Of a stretch of 64,000 bases of DNA, positions 10,190-22,597 are shown one piece after another. The translations under genes were made by a program, and so were the position numbers. The notes beneath the pieces were generated by a model. It saw only the letters and a list, made by a program, of their open reading frames with translations, was not told the DNA's origin and did not search any database. This DNA comes from Macrostomum lignano (lineage: Eukaryota): contig NIVC01000301.1 of assembly GCA_002269645.1 (NCBI GenBank), positions 160,372 through 224,371 of the forward strand, read 5' to 3'. Within the stretch, counting starts at the first letter, position 1. The number at the start of each line of letters is the position of its first letter.

Positions 10190-13100
10190 TTAACCACGTC
10201 TGGCGGCACGTCTAAGGTTGCGTCTGGCGCGTCTGGCACGACGACCACCTCTTCTCACATCGCGGCTTCTGCGGGCACGTCTTGCAGCGCGTCTACGGAT
10301 GCTTCTGGAGCGTCTGACACGACGACCACCTCTTCTCACATCGCGGCTTCTGCGGGCACGTCTTGCAGCGCGTCTACGGATGCGTCTGGCGCGTCTGGCA
10401 CGACGACCACCTCTTCTCACATCGCGGCTTCTGCGGGCACGTCTGGCGGCGCGTCTACGGATGCGTCTGGCGCGTCTGGCACGACGACCACCTCTTCTCA
10501 CATCGCGGCTTCTGCGGGCACGTCTTGCAGCGCGTCTACGGATGCGTCTGGCGCGTCTGGAAATGCGTCTACGGATGCGACTGGCGCGTCTGACACGACG
10601 ACCACCTCTTCTCACATCGCGGCTTCTGCGGACACGTCTTGCAGCGCGTCTACGGATGCGTCTGGCGCGTCTGGCACGACGACCACCTCTTCTCACATCG
10701 CGGCTTCTGCGGGCACGTCTTGCAGCGCGTCTACGGATGCGTCTGGCGCGTCTGGCACGACGACCACCTCTTCTCACATCGCGGCTTCTGCGGGCACGTC
10801 TGGCGGCGCGTCTACGGATGCGTCTGGCGCGTCTGGCACGACGACCACCTCTTCTCACATCGCGGCTTCTGCGGGCACGTCTTGCAGCGCGTCTACGGAT
10901 GCGTCTGGCGCGTCTGGAAATGCGTCTACGGATGCGACTGGCGCGTCTGACACGACGACCACCTCTTCTCACATCGCGGCTTCTGCGGGCACGTCTTGCA
11001 GCGCGTCTACGGATGCGTCTGGCGCGTCTGGCAATGCGTCTACGGATGCGTCTGGCGCGTCTGGCACGACGACCACCTCTTCTCACATCGCGGCTTCTGC
11101 GGGCACGTCTGGCGGCGCGTCTACGGATGCGTCTGGCGCGTCTGGCACGACGACCACCTCTTCTCACATCGCGGCTTCTGCGGGCACGTCTTGCGGCGCG
11201 TCTACGGATGCTTCTGGAGCGTCTGACACGACGACCACCTCTTCTCACATCGCGGCTTCTGCGGGCACGTCTTGCAGCGCGTCTACGGATGCTTCTGGAG
11301 CGTCTGACACGACGACCACCTCTTCTCACATCGCGGCTTCTGCGGGCACGTCTTGCAGCGCGTCTACGGATGCTTCTGGAGCGTCTGGCACGACGACCAC
11401 CTCTTCTCACATCGCGGCTTCTGCGGGAACGTCTGGCGGCGCGTCTACGGATGCGTCTGGCGCGTCTGGCACGACGACCACCTCTTCTCACATCGCGGCT
11501 TCTGCGGGCACGTCTTGCAGCGCGTCTACGGATGCGTCTGGCGCGTCTGGAAATGCGTCTACGGATGCGACTGGCGCGTCTGACACGACGACCACCTCTT
11601 CTCACATCGCGGCTTCTGCGGGCACGTCTTGCAGCGCGTCTACGGATGCGTCTGGCGCGTCTGGCAATGCGTCTACGGATGCGTCTGGCGCGTCTGGCAC
11701 GACGACCACCTCTTCTCACATCGCGGCTTCTGCGGGCACGTCTGGCGGCGCGTCTACGGATGCGTCTGGCGCGTCTGACACGACGACCACCTCTTCTCAC
11801 ATCGCGGCTTCTGCGGGCACGTCTTGCAGCGCGTCTACGGATGCTTCTGGAGCGTCTGACACGACGACCACCTCTTCTCACATCGCGGCTTCTGCGGGCA
11901 CGTCTTGCAGCGCGTCTACGGATGCTTCTGGAGCGTCTGACACGACGACCACCTCTTCTCACATCGCGGCTTCTGCGGGCACGTCTTGCAGCGCGTCTAC
12001 GGATGCGTCTGGCGCGTCTGGCACGACGACCACCTCTTCTCACATCGCGGCTTCTGCGGGCACGTCTTGCAGCGCGTCTACGGATGCGTCTGGCGCGTCT
12101 GGCAATGCGTCTACGGATGCGTCTGGCGCGTCTGGCACGACGACCACCTCTTCTCACATCGCGGCTTCTGCGGGCACGTCTGGCGGCGCGTCTACGGATG
12201 CGTCTGGCGCGTCTGGCACGACGACCACCTCTTCTCACATCGCGGCTTCTGCGGGCACGTCTTGCAGCGCGTCTACGGATGCGTCTGGCGCGTCTGGAAA
12301 TGCGTCTACGGATGCGACTGGCGCGTCTGACACGACGACCACCTCTTCTCACATCGCGGCTTCTGCGGGCACGTCTTGCAGCGCGTCTACGGATGCTTCT
12401 GGCGCGTCTGGCACGACGACCACCTCTTCTCACATCGCGGCTTCTGCGGGCACGTCTGGCGGCGCGTCTACGGATGCGTCTGGCGCGTCTGGCACGACGA
12501 CCACCTCTTCTCACATCGCGGCTTCTGCGGGCACGTCTTGCAGCGCGTCTACGGATGCGTCTGGCGCGTCTGGCACGACGACCACCTCTTCTCACATCGC
12601 GGCTTCTGCGGGCACGTCTTGCAGCGCGTCTACGGATGCTTCTGGCGCGTCTGGCACGACGACCACCTCTTCTTACATCGCGGCTTCTGCGGGCACGTCT
12701 GGCGGCGCGTCTACGGATGCGTCTGGCGCGTCTGGCACGACGACCACCTCTTCTCACATCGCGGCTTCTGCGGGCACGTCTTGCAGCGCGTCTACGGATG
12801 CTTCTGGAGCGTCTGACACGACGACCACCTCTTCTCACATCGCGGCTTCTGCGGGCACGTCTTGCAGCGCGTCTACGGATGCGTCTGGCGCGTCTGGCAC
12901 GACGACCACCTCTTCTCACATCGCGGCTTCTGCGGGCACGTCTGGCGGCGCGTCTACGGATGCGTCTGGCGCGTCTGACACGACGACCACCTCTTCTCAC
13001 ATCGCGGCTTCTGCGGGCACGTCTTGCAGCGCGTCTACGGATGCGTCTGGCGCGTCTGGCACGACGACCACCTCTTCTCACATCGCGGCTTCTGCGGGCA

Positions 13101-13948
13101 CGTCTGGCGGCGCGTCTACGGATGCGTCTGGCGCGTCTGGCACGACGACCACCTCTTCTCACATCGCGGCTTCTGCGGGCACGTCTTGCAGCGCGTCTAC
13201 GGATGCGTCTGGCGCGTCTGGCACGACGACCACCTCTTCTCACATCGCGGCTTCTGCGGGCACGTCTGGCGGCGCGTCTAAGGTTGCGTCTGGCGCGTCT
13301 GGCACGACGACCACCTCTTCTCACATCGCGGCTTCTGCGGGCACGTCTTGCAGCGCGTCTAAGGTTGCGTCTGGCGCGTCTAACACGACGACCACCTCTT
13401 CTCACATCGCGGCTTCTGCGGGAACGTCTTGCAGCGCGTCTAAGGTTGCGTCTCGCGCGTCTGACACGACGACCACCTCTTCTCACATCGCGGCTTCTGC
13501 GGGCACGTCTTGCAGCGCGTCTACGGATGCGTCTGGCGCGTCTGGCACGACGACCACCTCTTCTCACATCGCGGCTTCTGCGGGCACGTCTGGCGGCGCG
13601 TCGGTTCTGCCGCCTGGATTGGCGGCGACTCCGCCTCTCGCTTCTTCTGTCCCTTCTTTCCTCTGCGTTCCTCCTTGGCGGTCTTCTGCAAGGCTTCTGA
13701 GCCATAGCGGGCTTCTTAGCGGATCCAGCGATGGCCGCAGCGTTAGCGGCTGCTGGCTTCTTCAGCTTATTCTTCGCATTCGGTGGTGGCGCTGAGAGCT
13801 GAAAATTGCAAATGATTTTCGTAATTATTCAAAATTGAAGCTGCCATTAGTGCTACATACGTACGAGCGTAGTTATGTGCAACTGAATTGAACTTACCAC
13901 TAGCGTGCAAAGCAGCGCGGCGCAAGCTGCCAACAGAATGAGTCTCAT
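10190..13948 (-). CDS. Secreted Arg-rich tandem-repeat protein, copy 1 (1219 aa); exons 13948-13898 and 13798-10190
   Basis: Exon 1 encodes MRLILLAACAALLCTLV with a GTAAGT donor; 99-bp intron ending TTTTCAG; exon 2 joins in phase 0 as LSAPPPNAKNKLKKPAAAN...AMAQKPCRR, in frame with the listed 1171-aa ORF. Repeat variants are often synonymous in this frame (GCT GCA vs GCC GCC). Confidence 0.85.
10195..13600 (-). repeat. Coding 81-bp tandem repeat (ARRSRDVRRGGRRARRARRIRRRAARR), roughly 40 units, with occasional 30-bp inserts
   Basis: Read directly; every length variant is a multiple of 3. Confidence 0.97.
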
Positions 13949-14989
13949 GTTTGAGCTGCTTGGGAGCTGACTGGATTGAATTTCGGAAGCCCCAAAACGG
14001 ACCTACTTTTATGCTGTTGTTGAGTTTGACACCCCCGCGGGTGGCCGTTTCTTCACCTGCCGGATGGCAACTGCTGAGCTGACAGACTGTCGAATTTTTT
14101 ACATTTGTTTGCACGCTGCTTCGCACTGGAAGTTCGGGCGGCTTGAATGCCGTTCATTTTTCGAAAATTTTGTTTGTTTTGTTCGACTCTGCTGACTGGT
14201 GCAAAAGAATTCTCAAGAACGAAATAATTCTCCCTACTCTCAAGACATTACGGCCTTGTCGTTTTGGTGACTTTTGCTGTGCTGAGCAAACACGGGCCTG
14301 AAGTGGCGCTTGTTTGACAGCAGAATCTGCAGGTGCGACTCCTCAAACATGCGAAAAGTTGCTAAGGCGATCGATTTTGACTAAGAGTTTTTTGCGACTC
14401 AAACGTTCATGCTCACACTGAAGAGTAAATTGCAAGAAACCACTTTTGCAATTCGATGATTAAGAATTTTGGTTGACGTCACCACTGCATTCAAAATATC
14501 TTTGTATCCTTGATGCGAGAGCTCTCATAATGCCGTTGCGGGTAGGGATTTTTCAGGCCAGTGACTGACTGATGCCGTGGGTGACGAAAACTGTAAAAGG
14601 TTTATCAAGTAGCTCACACCAGTGTGGCAGATTATTAAATTCCCCAGATTATGATTCCTGATAGTAATGTATGCCTGTGTTCCTTTACCACTGCGGTTCT
14701 TGCCGCCTCTCGACCTCTTCGTCAGGGGTGAGGCGGCTAGAACGATCCGGCGTCTACTAGTGTCCGGCGTCAAATTCCTCTACATGAGGGCACCTGCTAA
14801 GCGAAACCTCGTCACGTCATAGCGACCTGTGCCTCAACATTCTCAATGAGTGCCAGGCCAATTGCGTCTTCACCGATGGCATTGCCTCAACGCTCAATCT
14901 GAGACAACGCAATCAGTAGCTATCAATTAGTAGCTATCGACCCGCACGATACCATCAATTACCACTGAAACCCTGTTGAGCTCCACTGC

Positions 14990-15400
14990 TACCACTGACG
15001 GTTCTAAGCAGTCAGTCAGCACCGGCTTTGGTGTTGGAATCTTCCTGAACGGGCGGGTCATACTGGGGTAAAAATCAATGGGTTTTTCAAAAAAGTTGTC
15101 GCCCTCAGCTCTTGCACTACAGAGCTTCTCGCCACTGGCGTAACTAGTAAGAAAATCGTTTTCCATTCGGACAGCCAAGCTGCCTTGCACGCCATCAGTG
15201 GTTGCAGCGTCAACTCTGTTACAGTCCTCGACTGTATCAACTCCTTAACATGTTGGATTCTACGAGTACCAGCAAAATACCCTTAAGTGGGTTTCGGGGC
15301 ATGATGGGATCCAAGGGAATGAGCTGGCTGACGCCCTTGCAAAAGTTGGCGCCTCCGGCTCCTCTCTCGGGCCCGAATCCATTGTACCGAATACCGATCC
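14990..15400 (+). mobile_element. Degenerate non-LTR retrotransposon RNase H fragment
   Basis: Across frameshifts: TDGSK, IVFHSDSQAALHAI, KWVSGHDGIQGNELADALAK. Confidence 0.8.
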
Positions 15401-15439
15401 CCAGCTGCGTCTATCTCGCGAAGATATATCTGGCCTGCC

Positions 15440-17338
15440 ACTGCCACCATGACTATCTCAGGTCACGGCTGTTTTTTCAGGCACCAGTACACACCAGTAA
15501 TCCAGCACTTCGCGTTCACACTGCACTACCGCAAAGGCGACGACAACCCGGCAGACCCGCTGAGCCGCAATCCGCTGCCAAGCGCATCGTTGCACAAAGA
15601 CGAGGCTGAGGACACCAGACTGTGCAACGCCGTTGTCCAAGCGGCCACCCCGAAGGGCCTGACCATCGACAGGATCCGGGCTGCGACCGAGAGAGACCCA
15701 GCTCTGGTGGTCATGCGCGTCATGCCCGCCTTGGCAACAGAAAACTGGAGCTGCGGCGCGGCGCGGCGAGTCCTGCGCACAGTTTTCGGTCCCTCAAAGC
15801 CGAACTGAGCGTTCACGCAGGCCTTCTGCTCCGGGGAAACAGAATCGTGATCCCGGCGGAACTTCAGCAGCTGACGATCGGTTTAGCGCACCAGGGCCAC
15901 CTCGGACAGAAAAAGACGTGCGACCGACTGCAGCGTAAGGTCTGGTGGCCTGGCATGACCAAGCAGGTCGAGGCGGTCGTCACTAACTTCTCCGGTGCCA
16001 AGCGGCCCGGACTGACGGCGCCGTTAAATAACCGCCGATGCAGCCGACTCCGCTTCCGTCGGGGGCCTGGCAATCGCTCAGCGTCGATGTGTGCGGACCA
16101 TTCCTACGGGCGAGAACGTAGTGGTCTTGGTGGACTACTTCAGCCGCTACCCGGACCTCTACGTGGTGCGAAGCCTCACCAGCGCCAGCGTCATCAACTG
16201 CGTCATGGCCTCATTCAGCCGCTTCGGGGTGCCGCAGCAGATCACTACGGACAACGCCACCTACTTTACGAGCGAGGAATTCAGTGTGTTTCTGGACGGC
16301 CTCGGGGTTCGACAGCGCAGGGTCACCCCGCTCTACCCGGCGGCGAACGGCGAGGTGGAGCGCTTTAACCGCAGCCTCAACAAGGCCATCAACGCGGCCA
16401 CAGCCGACGGCAAGGACTGGCGGCGTGGCGGCGGGCGATTCACGAGTGGCTTCTCGGATACCGTAACTCCGTGCACCGAGGCACCGACCGCACGCCCAAC
16501 GATCTCATGTTTAACCGAGAGACCGGCGGCATCCTGCCATCCGGCCTGACAAAGCAAACCGGCAGCTCCGGACGGCAGCTCCAGCGCCACGAGTGCGGCT
16601 ACAAGCAGGCGATGCGCAAGGCGGCCGACACGCGGCGATCGGCTGCGCCACACGGCATCCTGGCAGGCGCCCGCGTGCTGCTCAGAAACCGCGGCAAGGC
16701 CAAGCTGCGCTGTCCGTTCGACCCGCGGCCTTGGCTTGTCAGGGCAGTCAGCGGCGACGCCCTGACTCTGCAACGCGGCACGGCAGTCATCCGGCGGCAT
16801 GTGACCGAGACGAAGCCGCTGCGTGAGTGCCCCTGGGACCTTGACGAGCTGGACGGCGATCAGCGGCCGGGGGCGCCGGCGACGGAGGTAAATCCGGCCA
16901 ACGACGGCCCGATTGCACAGAGGCCTCATCCCAGAACAGCAAAGCGGCCCGTCTGCTACAAGCAGTGACTTGATTCGAACTGAGCCGCAACGCTGTCTAA
17001 GATCGGCAAGCTTTGATTACTTAAGTATTTAACCGTTCAAAATCAAAAGTTTTGCTACTGCTTTACTAATTAATTTTTTTAATCGTTTCTCGTCAATTTT
17101 CGCAATGAAATTTCAAAACCTCTCGTATTGGACTTTTCTTTTGCTTTGGGGGAGAGATGTGGTGCGCAGCCTATGCGTGTACAATGCCCTTTCTCTTGCT
17201 CTCTAGCCAACATGCTCAGCACCCCAATGTATTACGTAACTCATAGCTGCACGTCGGCAGCTGCGTGAATATATATCGCAAATATACGGCTCTTAGAGGC
17301 CAAGATTCTTACCCGCCAAGCGGACTACGAGCACTACA
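15440..17338 (+). mobile_element. 3' part of a Gypsy-type LTR retrotransposon (RNase H end, integrase, PPT, 3' LTR); frameshifted
   Basis: YRKGDDNPADPLSR; HQGHLG...VWWPGM zinc-binding region; VDYFSRY...TDNATYF...NGEVERFNR rve core; polypurine tract GGGGGAGAGA before TGT. Confidence 0.9.
17158..17338 (+). repeat. 3' LTR (181 bp, TG...CA)
   Basis: Starts TGTGG immediately after the PPT and ends ACTACA exactly where homology to duplication copy 1 begins. Confidence 0.75.
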
Positions 17339-17541
17339 GTTGCAGAAGGATGCTTGGAAAGATCGCTTCATTTTCGATTCAACTGTCGCCAGGGTGGAAT
17401 GGCAGAATGAAACAACCAATGAGGAGAGTTTGATGACGATTTTTGTACACTCAGGTGGGGATATATAGGAGCTAAGGCTAGAAAGATGTGAGGCAAATTT
17501 ATCAGATTAATGCAATGCCCCAGTCCATTAACTGCATCAGC

Positions 17542-19540
17542 ATGATTTCTTATTGCAAATTGCTTTTAGGAGTTCAATTTATCTTGGCAAATCCGCTGAG
17601 CATCGAAGCTGCCACATCATTCGATTTGTGTAAGTTTTTAGAGTTGTGCGAGTTTTGTCACCGAGTGCAGTGTAGCACCAGCTTCCAGAGCAGAACTAGT
17701 GATTCTCTTTGATTTCAGACAGCCGAGCGGCTGCGCCAGGGTCGCCGGCTATTGAGGTGAGCCGAGCGCCGTCGCAGAGCGCCATCGAGTGCTCGGCCCA
17801 ATGCAGCTGCGCTGGGCTGACCTGCAGATCGGCGCTGTTCCTGCCGGCCAACGGAGTCTGCCTGATGTCGGAGCAGCCTGCGACGGATTTTTCCGGCGTT
17901 GTTGGAGGCGCGGCCGGCAGGCCATTCGTGAAGTCCACCACAGGTTCTTCTGCTTCGGGTAAGTGCGAGTGTTTGACCTTGACTGCCAGCTGAGCAGTGC
18001 ATTGAAATGCCAAAGCGGAAAACTCCCCAACGAACTCAACAGTCCCTGGTAACATCACGGTCAGCGTCGGTGGCCGGAAGTTCCGCGTGATTCAACAGCG
18101 AGTTGATGACAGCGTGAGCTTCGCCCGGACCTGGGCCGAGTACGAGGCCGGCTTCGGGGACAGCAACAACTTCTGGATCGGTGAGCGCTCGCCGAACCAT
18201 CTTGTAGGCAAGCGCGAGCTTTACCTACGGACTGATAGCTGAGTGATGGTGTGCAAAGCTGATTGAGGGTATGCAAAGCTGAGTGAGAGAATGCGCAGCG
18301 AAGCGGAAGGCCTAGCTACTGTTGTACCCCCCGGGATGGCCTCGGGAGTTGCAAATCCGGCTAGGGTAGCCGGGGCTGCCTAGCTGGGGGACAACAGGTC
18401 CCGCATACGCCTGTCCCTAACGCTGCGAAAGTTCACAGTAGCCTCCGGCTGGCGAAACTTCACTTGCCGGCCCCTAAACACTGCGAGAGTTCACAGTCGT
18501 CCCGATCCCCACGCGGCACCCCAGAAGAGGAAAACACTCACACCGGTAGTTCGGGCGGACTCCAACAACGCGTCGAGTAAAACGCGTACCGAATGTCACG
18601 TGTTTATTATTACTCTACTGCACTGCCGCCAGCAGGCCAAGGTAGGGGGGGGGTAGAGACGGGAGGGAGGAAAGCAAGGAAAGTAAGGGAGGAGGGTAAA
18701 CCGATAGACAATAATCAAGTACACACCCTGCTGGCCAGCCAATCACAAGCCACCAGCCGGGGAGCGTGGAGCAAACTTGAGCCGGCCTGCGCACGAGACC
18801 AAGGGGCCCGGGCAGGCAGTAGGCCAGACTAGGGTGAGGCTTAGGCCCCCAAACCCCAGCCCGACTGGCCGGCCCAACCCAGCGCAAGGGGGTGGGAGAG
18901 AAAAATAATGGAAAGAAAATGCCCAGTGGGTGGAGCCCTCGCTGACGCAACACGGCACAACACTACATAAGTGTCCGAATACCGTACACCTGGCCGGTTC
19001 CAGAGGAACAGTGTAAATAAATTCAAGGCTCCGATCCTCACTGAACTGCCATCACTGAAATCCTCAGGCCTGGCCGCCATCCACAACCTGACTAAGGCGA
19101 TACCCACCCTGCGCGTGGAGTCCTGGAACTGGGCCGACCAGCTATTCACCACCGAGTACGAGTCGTTCCAGGTGAACGGCCCGGCAACCAACTACTCTAT
19201 GGACTACAGCATCAGAGTGGCCTCGGGCACGAACTCCAGCAACGCGTCCGGCTTCGAGCCGTTCTTCGACAGCTCCGGCCGGCCCTTCTCCACCCTGGAC
19301 GTGGACAACGACCTTGAAGAGACACAGTCGGTATCCCAGGCCGCTGCCGGAGGGGCTGGCTGGTGGTTCACTTTTCTCATCAGCGTATACCTGAACCCCA
19401 ACGGTCTCTACCCGCCTCCTGACAAGCGGATCTGCATCGAAGCCGCCTCCGACTTTAAGTTTATGCACTGGTACCTGAACAACGGCACCGGCTGCGGCCG
19501 GGTCGCCGTGAAGGCCATCCGAATGATGGTGACAGTGTGA
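17542..19540 (+). CDS. Secreted PAN/apple-like plus fibrinogen C-terminal domain protein (FReD); exons 17542-17629, 17719-17958, ~18043-18180, 19068-19540
   Basis: Signal-like N-terminus; SAIECSAQCSCAGLTCRSALF...CLM (PAN-like Cys spacing); VIQQRVDDSVSFARTWAEYEAGFGDSNNFWIG|LAAIHNLT; FSTLDVDND; GWWF. All introns are GT-AG phase 1. The exon 3 acceptor is uncertain. Confidence 0.85.
18301..18960. other. Unclassified GC-rich sequence in FReD intron 3, probably a repeat insertion
   Basis: Composition differs from its flanks; internal direct repeat CTGCGA[A/G]AGTTCACAGT; no recognisable protein. Confidence 0.35.
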
Positions 19541-20254
19541 ACTCCCAGCTGATGGCAGCAAACTGGCTGGATAGATACTCAGAGTAGCCATCTTGGTGAT
19601 TTTTTTGTCATTTTTGCTGAACTTTTCTTAAAAATTTCTTCTGTTCATCTGCAATCGTCTCTGTTTACTCCGTTTTCTCTCCCTCTGACCAGTTCAGTCT
19701 TGTCATTCTTATCTCTTCCTCGCTGTCTTCTGATTGGCTGCTCAACCTCGCCTCTTTCCTCAGTCGTGCACTCCACCCCTCACCCCTCCTTCTCTTATCT
19801 GCACTTAACCTCCTTTAATTTAAGGTCTTAATTCTAATTAAAAATAGTTATCTGATTTTTTATTACATTAAACTAGAGGGGGGCTAAGTGCCAGAGAAAA
19901 GTAGGATTGAAGTGCGCAACTGAGAAAAGAGGCGAGATTGAAGAGCCAATCAGAAGGCAGTGAGGGAGAGAGATAAGAATATAACAAGACTGAACTGGAT
20001 AGGCACGGAGAGAAAACACACAGTAAACAGAGAGACGAGTGAGTGCAGATGAACGTTTGTTCTAAAAATAGCATGCCTATCCGCCTTTAACCCACCTCTA
20101 GGCTGTTGCGTGTACATTTGCATTATGTACATTTTTCTATTTTACAGATTCTATAAAAATTTTACTTCTAGCTCGTAATTCTTTAAGCAACGGTAACGAC
20201 ATATTGAAAAATGCACGCTGGATTTAAAACTACTTTTCTGCAAATTAAACTATG

Positions 20255-21516
20255 CTCAGCAACAGTCAAAAGTTCTACCCCTATCGCGCCTAGTCAGAGA
20301 TAACTTCTCGCTCACAATTCAACCCGCGAGTTTCGCAACTACGCCGCGAGGAGGGTGATTGAATCAATAATAAACGCCAGTCGCACAAAATCACAAGTTT
20401 ATTTTTATGCAATATGCAGTTAGAATCGCAATGCTTAATACCGCGTGTGGGATCCACTCGCACGCAGAAGAGCGGCGACTCTGCGGGGCATCCCCAAGAT
20501 GAGGCGACGCAGAAAGTCCCGGGGAAGTTGCTGCCAAGCGTTTGCAATGGCGTGACGTAGCAGTTGCAGTTGCCAACTCCTCCGAAAGCAGCGTCGGCAA
20601 ACGGTAGGAACCGAGTCTGCAGAAGATCTGCGTAGCTATTAGCGTTCACGTTGGCATCCAGGAAGACGATATTCGTCCTGGCTCTCAGCGCACTGTACAT
20701 TCTGCTGCAGCATCTCCTGCCGCGGTTCTCGCCAAACGCGGGTGCGACCATCTGCTTGGAAAAGTCGGAACCGGCTCTCGTCAGTGAAAACAACGCGTCG
20801 CCACTGCTGCTACCTCCAGTGGACGCGCTGCATCGCCGACTGCTCTCGGCTGGCGATGTGGGCAGGACTGAGTCGAGGCCGCTTGCGCATCTTGCGAGAG
20901 CGGAGGCTACCTCCCGAATTCGAAGTCGAACTGTTTGGGCGCTCAGGATATTTCCTGCTCTGGGAAACCCCACATCAGACGGAGCAGGGTGGCTGGCAGG
21001 GTGGGAGTTCGCCTTAATATTCGCAGCAGACGGCGATTTGCTCTGGCTGTTGAGCCACGGAGATCAAGGCGCTGTTGTGTTCTAATTGACACAGAGAGTT
21101 TCGTTTGATTAAAGCTTTTGAGCTCAGAGATACACATCTCGCTCACAATATTAAATATTTTATATAAATATCTTTATATATTTATAGAGATCAAACTCCT
21201 ACTTGCACGTTGCAATCTCCTACTCATTCATGTCTGAGTACAGTACGAGCGTATACGCCCACGCATTCAATAAGGCCAATAGTTCATTGTCAGTAGTCAA
21301 TTCATTGCGCGAGCATTGTCAATCACAACAGGCGCTGACTGCCTTTCGCAGCGTGCTCCACGCTGCCAGTCTCACGGGACTTTGTCAGCAGTTTTAGAAT
21401 TGCCGCTCGCGATCTTCCAAATCTGCGAGCAACTTCTCTGATGGACACACCGACTTCCAGCATTCCAACAGCACGCCATCGTTCAGCATTAATCATTTGC
21501 CGGACTATTTTTGAAA

Positions 21517-21558
<42 letters not shown>

Positions 21559-21734
21559 ATTAAACTGAACATTTGTCCTTTTAAAGTTACGCAGTCTTGT
21601 ACCATTATACAGACCCAAGCCCCCCCCCCCCCAAGTGACAATAAGCTTCGCTGCGTGCCGCAACTTGAGTCAGTCATAATAGGTGAGAAAAATTCCATCT
21701 CGCTTGGAGGGTGGAACTTTTGACTGTTGCTGAG
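20255..21734 (-). mobile_element. Tc1-family DNA transposon with decayed, internally deleted transposase
   Basis: TIR CTCAGCAACAGTCAAAAGTTC at both ends. Minus-strand WRRVVFTDESRFRLFQADGRTRVWRE and C-terminal LILGMPRRVAALLRASGSHTRY*. Absent from copy 1, whose empty site reads AACTATACTT. Confidence 0.9.
21519..21556. repeat. (GT)19 microsatellite inside the Tc1 element
   Basis: Read directly. Confidence 0.95.
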
Positions 21735-22597
21735 TATTGCTGAGTTGCTGAGTTATAAGCTCTTCTTAGCGTGCGACACTAATTAATTTGTCTGGATCTT
21801 CACGCACTCTGCTTTGGGCCTGAAGCCCAGAAGTTCCTGAGGCAAAAAGCGTCGCCTAGCCTCTTTGAAGACACTGATTCAATATTCTTCAAGCCCGCGT
21901 ATTTGTTGAGCCCCGTTGAAGGAATCCATACTACTCAGACTTGAGACTTCGATAGTAAACAAGCTTTATTGATTCTGCACTAGCCAGTATTTGGCGAGAT
22001 GTTGGGAATTTGCTGACTGCAAACTGAAATGCTTGCTCAGGTCTATTGTTGACTGGTTCTTCGGTTGCATTGTGCTTCTTTGAGTAGCTAGTCAACATTG
22101 TCACTGTTTAATCTCGGCTTCTTAAATCTCTGTTTTATTCCTGAATATCGGGTTTCCAACTGCTGCTGCAGGCTGGCTGTAGAGTTGTATGCTATTTTAC
22201 TAGACTTGGTCAAAATATGCGGCCAAAATATGCAGCTCAGCTGTCATATAATCGTACTACACAGGCTACCATTATTCCACTTCGCCACATACGAAGCAAA
22301 TTTAAATGTAATTTAGAATCAATTGACCGACCGCACCAAACGAGTGGTCTAATAAGTAGTTTGGTTTTCTGCAATTCTGCACGTTGAATCAAAAAGGCAT
22401 TGCATATCCGATTTTCTCGATATTGCAGCTTGCAGAAACGGGCAGGCTGGCAAAGGCGGCAGAAATCCAGGAAATAAAAATACGAAAACAATGCAAATTT
22501 AGGTGAAGATCAAACAATATAGTTTATTTCAAACACCCATTAAAGAAGGGTCACAAAACCGAATCGTATTAATGTTTTAGAAGGTGAAACAATCCAT

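Larger units (their letters stand above)
5658..14760 (+). repeat. Segmental duplication, copy 1 (FReD gene plus Arg-rich gene)
   Basis: Colinear near-identity to 17339-26147, from GTTGCAGAAGGATGC to GATCCGGCGTCTACTAG, apart from copy-specific indels and insertions. Confidence 0.93.

Noticed and set aside
10218-13700. 1160-aa + strand ORF (MRLARLARRPPLL...) and an unlisted open Ser/Thr/Ala mucin-like + frame (TSCSASTDASGASGTTTTSSHIAASAG)n; same at 22608-25088
   Set aside because: Antisense shadows of the repeat. The minus Arg frame has the signal exon, splice sites, polyA signal and synonymous variation; the + frames change amino acids at the variant sites and lack supporting gene signals.
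10190-13798. Histone H1-derived or protamine-like sperm nuclear protein
   Set aside because: The KKPAAA linker is H1-like, but the upstream exon encodes a signal peptide and no winged-helix domain was found. Not fully excluded if the internal ATG at 13705 is used.
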